Below are positions 11,369 to 22,500 of a DNA stretch of 64,000 nucleotides, piece by piece. Positions within the stretch are counted from its first letter, which is position 1, and the number at the start of each line of letters is the position of its first letter. A program made the position numbers and the translations under genes. Location of the stretch: positions 53,258,001-53,322,000 of the forward strand of contig CM060731.1 in NCBI GenBank assembly GCA_030704615.1, in the 5' to 3' direction. Source of the stretch: Takakia lepidozioides (Eukaryota > Plantae > Bryophyta). Below the pieces are notes generated by a model. The model searched no databases, was not told where the DNA came from, and was given only the letters and a program-made list of their open reading frames with translations.

Positions 11369-14300
11369 TGTCGCGCGGCTTTTACTCACCCATCCCCTCG
11401 CTATCCGAGGCGGAAACTCCAAGATAGAAGAGTTGGAAATCTCTAAGCACTCAGCCCGCTCAGAACAATCAGTCATGACCTACAGCTAGTGTATCATGGG
11501 GGTGTTCCCTATTTGTTTTCCTTCCCGCATTCATGTTAGCTAGTTACCTTACTGTTGGTAATTAAGTATCAGTTTGCTTCAGCAATCGATCGGATTCAAT
11601 CAACTCATCCATTCATTCCACAGCTTCACTCAGATCTCTCTACACAGTGTGAGTATGAAGTGTGTATCAGATTAATATCTATCAAGTATCAGGCTGAAGC
11701 CATGGAGTCTCTAATCTACTCTACATTACAATTCTACTGCCTGCATTCATTAAGCATCAATAGATCGTCCTCCTCCTACTCCGTGCTCTCCCTCCTTTTT
11801 GCTCAGAGCTACGCTCTGTGCCTCATTTCCTCCAGTGATGTCCGAAGTCCCCCCAAGAAGTGCTCCCCCCACTCCTTCCAGCAGTGATTCCCCCCAGAAG
11901 TGATCCCCCCCCCACTCCTTCCAGCCGTGATTCCCCCAAGAAGTGATCATTTTCCATTCCTCGCTCCTCGCTTTATCTTCCTACCCGTTGTTCTAACCGT
12001 TTCCCTCACTAACCGTCACCCGTGAACTAACATGTTCCCTTCGCAGATGTTGTTCCCCACAGTCGTTCCCTGTCCTGCTATCCGTTCCCTATGGTCGTGT
12101 CAGCTGTGTCGGCTGTGTCGGACTGTGACGGGCTGTGTTGGCGGTGATGAGCTGTGTAACCCCCCCTAAAGTGCGCTGCTGTCACCCCTAAGGCTCCTGT
12201 TGGTCTCAGTCTGTGCAAAAATTAAGGGTCCCCCACAGATCCCGTAAAAGTGTCTAAGTCCCAGACAGTCCTCCAACATTACCCCTTCCCCTCTCCAGTT
12301 GCACTACTTCCCATACTCCCTGTCCCCCCAGAGCCAGATCCAGGCTGCTCGCCTGATCCCCCTGAGCCGACACCTTCGTTGGCCTGTGATCCAAGTGCTC
12401 CACTTGATCCAGGTCCAACGGGTTGGGATGTCCTGGTTGTTGTCTCAACCTCAGCTGTTGGGTCTACTTCTTCATACTCTTCTTCTTCCAATTTCTTCTC
12501 TCTGTTTTCATCTTCCAAGTTCTGCCGTTGGGTTTCTTCTTCACTCATGTAACTCAACTACAGTGGTGTTGGAGAGTCTGAACTCTCCGTTGGCTCTGCC
12601 ACATCCTCTCCTCCTTCTTCGTCTTCCGTCTCAGAAACTGGAGTTCTTGCTTTTGGTGTTCCATGCCAACTCTTATCAAAGATTTCTGTCAAATCTTTTA
12701 TCCAGGGATGTACCTTAGATCTTTCACCTCGTGGTTGATCTTCTTCGTGTACCAATTCCCTTAATCTTTCTTGCAAAGAAAAAGAAGGAGTGGCATCCAA
12801 CTCTAGTTCTTCCGGTATGGGTGATGTACTCTATGATCTTAATGGTGTTAGAGGTCCAGATGATTCCCCTATGTCTATTCCTCTCTCCCAAAGACATGGA
12901 TAATTAGCTTTCAGATAACTTTCTCTTTTTGCTGAATATCTCTGAAGTCTAGCTTCTCTTTCATCACTCATGTCCCATGTCTTTCATTTCTTTAATGTGG
13001 CAATAACCAAAACTCTCTTCTGTAGTATCTCTCGTATATGCCTGGGTTTCTTTCAAGCTTCAATGCACCCTTGGCTATACTAGAAGTCTCCGTTACCATA
13101 TAACCATATGGCAAACAAGTTTGGAAAGCTGTTCTTGGTGTGAGTTTGATCCACAGAACATCCTTTAGAATCCAATTCTTTACCAGTACAAGCTGCTCAT
13201 GCATATGAGTATAAACATTCACCTTCCTTTCCTCCCAGCCTTCAAACTGTACTCGCTTAATGGATAGCAATGCTATCACATAAACCAGTGTTGGTAACCA
13301 ACGTGCTCTTCCTCTACAGGCCACCTGATAAATCTTTATCACTCCTTTCTCCAGACCCCACTCAGGGTCAGCATCATGCACTCTCTTAAGAATGTTTTCT
13401 TTACAACCGTCTGGCAATTCCAAGAACCTCTGAAAGAATTGTTTGGACAATATTTCCTTCTCAGTTTCACAGGGAATTTGATTCACATCAAATTCTTTAA
13501 TTCTCCAACCACCATGATCCCACCAGATGCCTGTCACATCTGGTTGTTCATGACCCAGTTCCCCAGTATGGTCGCCAAATATCGAGCGGCTTTTACTCAC
13601 CCATCCCTTCGCTATCCGAGGTGGAAACTCCAAGATAGAAGAGTTGGATATCTCTAAGCACTCAGCCCGCTCAGAACAATCAGTCATGACCTGCAGCTAG
13701 TGTATCATGGTTGTGCTTCCTATTTGTATTCCTTCTCGCCTTTATGTTATCAATTTACCTTGTGTATACTGAAGCATCAGATTGCTTCAGTATCTACTAA
13801 TTTCCAATTAATCATGCATTCATTCCACAGCTTCACTCATGTCTCTCTACGCAGTGCGATTGTATCGAATAAGTATCAAATTATGATTTATCAGTATAAG
13901 GCCAATGCCATGGTGTCACTAATCCGCCCTACAGTAGATATCACTACAGCTTTGCATGTAACAAGCATCTATTGTTCATCTCTCCTGCTTCTCCGTGCTC
14001 TCGTTCTTCCTCTCCACCTGATCTCCTCTCATGCATGACCCAGAAGTGCTCCCCGTGAAGTGATCCTCTTTTCGTTGCCGCTCTCCTTATCTACCCGCAA
14101 GCTGTTCTAACCACCTAACTAACTAACCGTCATCCCTGAAGTAACCCGTTCCCTCTGCAGATGTCATTCCCTCACAGTCGTTCCCTGTCAATGATAACTG
14201 TTCCCTATGTACTGTGACAGGTTGTGTCAAGCTGTGCTGAGCTGTGACTGGCTGTGTAAGGCTGTGCCGGGCTGTGTGAAGCTGTGTCGGGCTGTGACTG

Positions 14301-14459
14301 ACTCTACCGGGCTGTGTCGGGCTGTGTCAGGTTGTGTCACCCCCCCTAAAGCCTACTGCTGCCACTCCTAAAGCTCCTGTTGGTCTCAGTTTGTGCAAAA
14401 ATTAAGGGTACTCTACAGAACGTATAAAAAGCGTCTAACTCCCAAGCAGCCCTCTAATA
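11369..14459 (-). mobile_element. Non-autonomous LTR retrotransposon (two ~0.9 kb LTRs, 1.3 kb internal region, no pol)
   Basis: Direct repeats at 11369-12278 (TG..CA) and 13580-14459 (TA..TA). On the minus strand, TGGCGACCATACTGGGGA (PBS-like) follows the 5' LTR and the polypurine GGAGAGGGGAAGGGGTAA precedes the 3' LTR. Internal ORF pieces span 12279-13560. No TSD (tccct vs cgaac). Confidence 0.75.
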
Positions 14460-16607
14460 CGAACCACCACGAAAACCCTTGATTCTCGGTGCTGAGTCGC
14501 AGTGAGTCTTGGCCCACCCACCACGGCCCCATGGACCGTGATGAGTCCCAAGACTCCCCACAACTCCCACCACAAGGTCTCCGCCCTATGGTGAGTCCTA
14601 TGCCACCCCCACTAAGTCCCACTAAGCTACCACCACCCCTCGTGGAACCACCCCCACCGCAACCTGATGTGCGGGGTTCCACCTAGTGAGCGCCTTAGCC
14701 TCCTTGAGTGCCTTGGGCACTCAAGGGTGCTTCAGCCCCCGTATGTATTGTTGCCACTGCCCCCACCACAGGGGCAGCCCTTTTTGTGTCCTGACCCCCT
14801 GCCCTCAAGACGAAAGGCCGCGACACACACCCCTACCAACAGGGAGTCGATGTCCTCATCGACTTGTCCATTTTGTAGAAACGAACATCCAAGTTGTGGC
14901 GTCCCACATCAAGGAGTTTGTTTCCGTACCATGGCGTCCCATGACAAAGAACCAAACCCCCACTTGACTCAACTCTCCACTAGCTAGTTCGGCCGACTTC
15001 CTCCAAGTCCCGGCCAAGGGTGGAGCCTCTCAAGCTCCACCCAGTGCACTCTTCTTGGCCCACTTCAAGGCCAAGGAACGATCTTCCCCGAGGATCGAAT
15101 CGCCTTACTGCAACAACATTGCTTACGACCGCTCATGATGCCGCTTTTGGCATCACCTTGAGCAAGGGTTCACCTTGAACCTTTTTTTACTAGGAAGATA
15201 ACCTTGAACCAACCGTGCGCCCCAATCACTACAATTGGGTCCGCCTTGGAATGCTGGCCTGAGGTACGGGAACACGCCGAAGCCGCACTACGACTTCGTC
15301 CTGAGGCTACACGATTATAGTACGTGAACGGAAGCACGTAGCTTCTGCGTTAGCCCGCACTACAAGACAACCCCCTCGGTAGCGCAGTTATAGTATGCGC
15401 ACGCGCTAGGTGCGCACTAGCACGTGAACTCCCAAAGAAGGCGCAAGTTTCTTTGCCCCTTGGATGGGAGTCACCCGATTTCGGCACTGCGCAAACACAC
15501 GATTAATCCAATTTACCTCTCCCACTTTTGTAAGATAGCATGTATCCTACACACTAGCTAACCATACCATGCATCACCATTCCAAACAAAATAGGACGCA
15601 CAACATTTGGAAACCATTTCATTTATAACAAAATTTGTACAACACAAGTTTTTGCAATCGGATTCCTACGCTAACTAAGTCGGACTAAGCATGCATTTCC
15701 TCCCCCACGCTCCAAGGTTGATGTCCCCATCAACGCTTCTTCCGCTTTTGAGGTCGCCTTTCGAAAGCTGCAACCGCCTCGTATGCGTTTCCCATTTCTG
15801 AGGCACGCACCCAAGTTGCCTCCACTTGATGATAGCCCTTCCATTTCACGAGATACTTTGTTTCTTGATTCTTGAACCTCCTCGACTTAAGCACTGCCTC
15901 GACCTTGTACTCAGGTTCATTTTCATGATCCAACAGCACAGGTGGTGGACGCAACACTTGATGCCGATTCGGACGCGCTTCATCTTTAAAGTAAGGCTTC
16001 AAAATGGAGACGTGGAATACCGGATGCACTTTGCTGTTTGCCGGTAGCTCCAATTCATACACATCCTCATTCTTAACCTTCCGGATGCGAAAGGGTCCCG
16101 CATACGGAGGTACGAACTTTGGACTCACTTCCGGAGGTAATCAAAAATTCTTGATGGTCAACCAGACCTCCGTGCCTACCTCAAACTTAACTTCCCTCCG
16201 CTTCCGATTCGTCTGCCGTTCATACCGTTTCCTAGCTTTGGCAATGTTGTACTTTGCGAGCTTCAACAAACACTCGCGTTCTTCCAGCACCGCTGCTGCT
16301 GCCGGTTCCTCAACGTCTTGGGCGGCCCAACTTGTCGGCACTAGAGGTGCTTTTCCATAGACCAATACGAAAGGGGAAACTCCCGTTTGCGGAGTGTTTT
16401 GTATTATTATAACAGAACTCTACCGCATTCAAGTGCTCCACCCAGTCCGATTGGTCTACTGACACGTAATTCCGCAAGATCTGCTTCACCACGGAATTCA
16501 CCCTTTCCGTTTGGCCGTCCGTCGTAGGTTGGAAGGCGGTGCTCATCTTGAGCCTTGTCCCCATTTTCTTCCAAAGTACCCTCCAAAATTTACTTGTAAA
16601 CGTTGGA
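14460..16607 (-). mobile_element. Ty3/gypsy chromovirus 3' remnant: integrase, chromodomain, PPT and probable 3' LTR
   Basis: PTFTSKFW..STAFQPTTDGQTERVN..YNNTKHS, then PKFVPPYAGPF..HPVFHVSILK (GPY/F), then EYKVEAVL..YLVKWKGY..ATW (chromodomain), with frameshifts. PPT GTGGGGGAGGAAA is followed by TG at about 15695. Confidence 0.9.
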
Positions 16608-17339
16608 GGGTGTGTACTTTGCATGAGTGGTGAGCATGAGCATGAGCATGAGCAGAATTAAGCATGAGCAGCCGAATATCCAAGGAATATTCCTCCATAT
16701 TTGGATTTCCAACCGCAATTCCGACAACATTTGAAGTTGAAAAAGGGCAGGAGCACCATCAGTAAGTGCAACATTCCGTAGGTTCGGTTACTCAAAATTA
16801 GGTTCGGTAGTTACCGAACCTATGTAGTCATTGCCGATTACAGACTCTGGGCCGAGAGGTCTGGGGGCAAACACCCGCGAGAATAGGGGCACGGTAGAAA
16901 GTCCGCGGGAATAGGTACACTGTAAAAAAATTCTATAAAAAATAATGGAAGGCATGAAGTGTAGTTAGTATGAGCAGGTAATTCAAATGTGTGAGATCGC
17001 ATATTGTTAATTAATAAAAATGGCGGGAATGAGATTTGAGCTCTGAATCAGCACTATAACATGCAGGCACCCTTGTTTATGGCATGCACAGGAAGTTGAA
17101 CTCGAGACCTAAAGAGAACGAAACTGATCATGCAGAGGATGTCATCCATTACAAATATAAACAGAAGATTCTTCTTGCACGTCCCACGATGATATTGGAA
17201 GTGCAAACGGCTGAAAACAAAATAAAAGGAAAAAATATCAGCTAGGTGGAAAGTGGACGGTGGCATGGTAGGTACAGCGGCATTAAAAAACTTATTTTGA
17301 AACAACCGAAAGCTCCAAAATAATATGTCTCGAGCGAAA

Positions 17340-17800
17340 GCGACGAAGCGTACATGGCTACTTGTAGTCTGCACCGACTACAAGCACATCTCAAGGATTT
17401 GGCCCTGGAACCGCAAGTCTTCACCCTGCTGGATAAATCTGACTTAGAGACTGTAGTGTCCAACCATGTCTGTGGGCAACCTGAAGACATTATTCATTTT
17501 CTGATACACTGTCCGAGGTTCTCTCACCAAAGAGACGCTCTCTTCAAATCTATCAAGGGAATTGTGCATGTACCTCTGTTTACTAACTTTGAAAAAGTCG
17601 AGGCTGAGCCAAAAGCCCAGCCTCTTCTGAGCCCTAGTTTTTGGGCAACTCACACACAACAGATTGATGCTTGTGTGAAGGGATTTGTAGAGGATATCTG
17701 GAAAACCCGGATTAATTCTATATGTGAAGGTAAGTCTTACTACCAACGTCAGCCCCTGACGTTGGCAAATACAACACAATTTCTTCCATTGTCAATCCAC
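17340..17800 (+). mobile_element. LINE ORF2 C-terminal (Cys/His knuckle) fragment
   Basis: CGQPEDIIHFLIHCPRFSHQRDALF motif. A second copy of the QQIDACVKGF.EDIW segment is at 35110-35270. Confidence 0.6.
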
Positions 17801-20800
17801 TAGTGGTAGAATTAATCACTTACTCTAATAGTAGTTTGTATTCTTCCAGTTGTATTCTTAATCACTCAAATTTCACTCTGTCAGTACATAGTCCCTACTC
17901 AGTGGGACACAGTGCATGACTAAGACAGTGGTTTTGGTACACAACCTGACCACTCGATAAATACTGGAATTCCAAAAATGTGACACGTGTCCTTGGTTGA
18001 TAAGGCCACGTGTCTACAAACTGTCCAATCCCATCGACGATCTTTCTGAGTCCACGTGTCCATGGGAAAAGGGAACGTGTCGTGATATTGCTCAATATCA
18101 TCGACGGATTCGTTGCGTCCACGTCACAGCCGCGCTGGCAGTGGTTGGAATCACTAAGTTGTTCAATGGTTAGTTTACCACTGTGACACTTCAGAGGTGT
18201 CTAGTTTACCATCGATGACAAGTCAGCGTACAAGTGGACCTGGAGGCCAGTGGCCGTAACCACTGTCTTGAACCACTGGTGACACGTTATGTCTTTAACC
18301 GCTGGGACACGAAATCCACTCCTTCTATAACACTGGTAGGCTCGGAGTGGTTAAGTGTCATTTCCCACTCAAAACCAATGGTTCACATAGTGGTTATTCC
18401 GTGTTTTCCTTCTAGTGTACAAACGGCTACAATCTACTGGATATGGGCCGTCGATATGACACATATGCGACGATTTGATGGTCTATATTAGTAGCCTCTA
18501 GGTGACGCGTTATGACAGAGGACCGGCCGATAACGTTCAGGAAAAAACCTTAAAAAGTACCATAATAAGACACCAAAACCGGTTACGTAAAAACGAACAA
18601 ATTTTGGTGCGTGCAAAGGTTCTATCCGAAAATATCTACAATCGAAGATCAATGCTCTATACCATCAAGTCCATGCCCATCATTGAATATCATACCATTC
18701 TAGAATCTATGTATCATAAGTTTTGTTCCATTAATTTCAAATTTTATTTTCTGTATATGGTTGTTTTCTTAAAACTTTTGAAGAGAGTTTCTAATTAGAT
18801 AGGTTCAGGTTCCAAATTTTTATTTTCTAAAGGGGCCTTGCTTGCAGAGCCCACCGAAAAGAGGCGTAATAAAATGGAACCCTTACCCTCCTTATATAGT
18901 CTCTAGAGGCGGTGGTGGAGTCTTCTAGAAGGGGGCCCACCGCTGCTTCTGGAAGGTGGGCCCCATCCCATCCTCTATATAAAAAACCCTTGCCTACCTC
19001 CCATCGATCTCTGCTTCTATGCGTAGCCCCCTACTTCTATGCGTACAAGTGTGTGCAGCATGTGGAGCCATTTCCCTCCTCTCCAAGCCTCTCGTCCCCA
19101 CTGATTGGCTCTTCCCACAATGTCGGGTTGCCTGACCTTCAACTTTCCCCCCAATTGATCGTGGGTACTATATGGTACTCATATATTTTTTCTGGATGGC
19201 CAATGCCTACTTGGCGTGCTACAATGCTGCTCAATCCATTGATTTCTCACTGATTTAGTCTTGTTTTGTGTTCGAAATAAGGTACCACCGGATTAGTGAT
19301 ACACGGATTTGGGTAGTCTAGGTGTTTACTTCTGTAGGTATTTTCCGGTGTAGGTGTTTACTGGGTAGGTATTTTCTGGTGTAGGTACAACATGATCTCT
19401 TTTCAACACTCATGCGTGGTCTCTTCTTTGATGGAGGAGCCAATAAATAGGATCAGCCCTCAAAACAAGAAATGGAACCTTCAAAGTAAGTATGGAGAAT
19501 TGACACAAGAGATCAATGTATAAAATAAAAAAATAAAACAAACCTGAAACAGAAAATTGAGAGCCTAGAAGCAAATGATGGACAAGAAACTGTAAGGAAG
19601 AGGGATGGACCAAACATTTCTTTTCTATGAGAGATGACGCAGACCGAAGTTTTAGTTTGTTCTTGGAAATCAATATATGAAGCGAGACGTTTGGGTCTCC
19701 CAAACTGCGGGCCCCAGCCCCGGTGCTTGATGCCGTTGGAAAGCCCTCGATGAGGAGGGTGCACCAGCTTGGTCTAATGATTTTTGGACCCGCGGTGTGG
19801 AAAATATGGAATTTTGAGTACTTTTGGTCGCTGGAAATTCGGGAAAAATAGCAAAGTGGGTTTCCTGGAGCAGTGATTAGCCCCTTCATGTGGGAGATTT
19901 GGAATTTCAAGTACTTATAGTCGCGAAAAATAGCAAAGTGGATATATCAATATATGAAGCCTCGACATGGGAGATTGCAAAAATAGCAAACTGGGCTTTG
20001 TTGGAACAATGACATGGAGATCTCCCAAACTGCAGGGTCTCTTGATGCATAGGGGATTGCACTTGGACTTAGATGACATTGGACACTAGAGGTGGCACTT
20101 GGGCCTCTACATGGGAGAAGTACCTAGATACATAGGAGATTGCAGTTGGGCTTGGATTTCAATTCTTCACACATGGGCCTCGACGTAGGAGACACACTTG
20201 GACATATAGGGGATTGCACTTGGACTTAGATGATATAACACTTGGGCCAACGGCACAGGCTGTTGTAAGGTAGATGAACCTATTCTGGCTCATTTAAGAA
20301 ACACAGCAGAATTGAGAGATGCACCTTGGGTACTGATATTTTTCTAACGTTGGCAAATGTAAATAAGAATTATTGCAAAAAAAAAAAAAAAAAAAACAAA
20401 TGACAAAATCCGTAATATTGGCGAATATCCCAAAGTTAAAATACATAATATACGTATTGTGGGCCAGTAGAGGGTATTATTCTGGACCAGAGGTCAACCC
20501 AACAGTGTCGGATTAATGTCCTTAAAGTGTAGGCTTTAAATCCATTTACTGACTAATCTGTACTGAAAATGGGATCAAGTTATGCTAGCAAACTGCTCAT
20601 GCAATTATATAAAATAAACCAAGTTTCACTTCTAGTAAACTGAGCTCCAATAACTATTGAGCCTGTCCATCTCCGCATGCATGGGGGCCACCACCGTCCC
20701 AAAAGTGACCACCGACTAGCTACCGGATATAGCAAGGAGCCAGGACCTGCCATGCCGCGTTAGCGGCGAGGATGTCATGGCGACCTGCTATATCCGGTAG

Positions 20801-21225
20801 CAGGGCACCTCTTGAGCGCTACCGGACATAACCGGTTTTTAGGGCTGCGAGCAAGTCAGTTTACCCTTGTACGTACTTACCACCACGTTTTATATCCATG
20901 CAAGCCAGTCAGTTTACCCTTGTATGTACCTACCACCACGTTTTCTATCCATTTGGAGCTGTGATATGGAGTTTTCATCCCCGCAGCAGGTAGATCGTAG
21001 AATACCACATACAGCACCCCTCCACAAAACCAGTAGAAACACGCCACGTCAGCGAGTCTCCTCTAAAATCAGTTATGACCTCCATAAAACTACTCCAATG
21101 GAGTGTAAAAAGTAATCCTTGGCTTCCTAAAATTGAACAAGATGGAACTCAAATGTGGTCAGCCATCATGACATGCTATCCCTCTAACACCTTAATTGTT
21201 GGGAGGCGTTCCCAAATATGACTTA

Positions 21226-21656
21226 GAGCATGGCCACCAGCGGCCATTTCAGACGCGCCAACTCCATTCTGCCATGGCCGGCGGTTTCGGGGCTCTCCCC
21301 GCGTCCCCAGCAGCACCACCCCACTCCTTATAGTGCCGTCCTCTTGCAAATCCGGGCATCTAGAATTCCGTTGCCGTCCCACAAACCCCGCACGGCAACG
21401 TCTTATCCGGGCATTCTCGCTCAAGTGTGATGACAGGTAGGTTAGGTGGCAGGGCCCACAAGTCAACGTAACCATCTCAGCCTGGCGCGCATCTCAGCCG
21501 TGCGCCAGGCGGGAGTGGGGGGGTTTTGCCGTGGGAAGCTGCCATGCTGCTGGCCTTCCCACCAGCTGCCACACTACTATATGGGCTCCGGGCCAAAATT
21601 GGGCTAGTATAATGCGGTTGGCGTGTCTGTTTACCGCGCCACTGCTGGTCATGCTC
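21226..21656. mobile_element. Tourist-like (PIF/Harbinger) MITE
   Basis: TIRs GAGCATGGCCACCAG..CTGCTGGTCATGCTC, flanked by TTA and TAA. Confidence 0.7.
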
Positions 21657-22500
21657 TAAGTACTTCTCTCTAACTCTGGAATGTCAATAAATGTGGACTG
21701 TCATTAATTATTAATCTATCCACTAAGTGTTGTCATTATGATCATCTTTGAGTTAAAGAGGTTTACTACAGTTACCATTCTGGCCCAGCAGGTGATCTAA
21801 TTTGGACCACTCATAACGAAAGCGCCTTTCAGAGTTTGCATCTGGTTGGTTTAATGTATTTTTCTAGGGGTCCATTTTAGAAAGTGGTTTGAACTCGGTC
21901 CATCTACCTTAAGGTAGAAACACCCAAATATGAGCAGGTCTCAAAATGGACCCCTATTTTTGGGGTTTAAAGTGGTCCCTCCTGCCCTTAAATGGCGACC
22001 TTACTGCCAACGGGCTGATTTAGGTTCCTTCAGGGGCATTGTGGGCCCCATGGTGCTTTGTTAGATGAACAAAAGCGTAACTGTGACCAGCGTATTTGCC
22101 AAATGGAGGCCTTTTATAGGATACCTTTTGCTCTTGTGGGCCGAGTTGTTGGGTGAGTTATTGGGCCATTTCAAGTGCATATCAGGTCAAATGTAGGCTT
22201 CATATTAGATAATATTTCAGTGAGTTATGGTACCCTCTATAGCTCAGGCATAGCATATATGTGCCCAGCCACTTTGATAATATATATCAATTAGCCACTT
22301 CGTCCCAAATTCATGCAATTCAAACCACAAGCTGTTTGTTCAATTGCTCATCCTTTCATATAATTTTCCCCTTACTGCACCAATTGTATGGGCATATTTG
22401 CTTAAGCGCTCACATTTGGGTGTAACTACCTTAGTATATGTAAAAAAAAGACTGCTGCAGAAGTACAACCACAATCATAGGGTTGAGTATATATATCAAA

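Larger units (their letters stand above)
4407..18417 (-). mobile_element. CACTA (En/Spm) DNA transposon, decayed, with nested insertions
   Basis: Starts CACTAG at 4407 and ends CTAGTG at 18417, flanked by a 3-bp TSD (TAC at 4404-4406 and 18418-18420). Subterminal short-repeat arrays lie at 4407-5000 and 17880-18417, and there is an internal En/Spm TnpA-like gene. TIRs match over only 6 bp, and no TnpD DDE transposase was recognised. Confidence 0.7.

Noticed and set aside
16790-16825. Hairpin taggttcggtagttaccgaaccta as a possible Helitron 3' end
   Set aside because: No clear CTRR terminus or matching 5' TC end could be assigned.
20010-20240. Spaced repeats ggggattgcacttggacttagatga as a CRISPR-like array
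   Set aside because: Units are degenerate and irregular, the context is eukaryotic and there are no cas genes; this is an ordinary degenerate tandem repeat.
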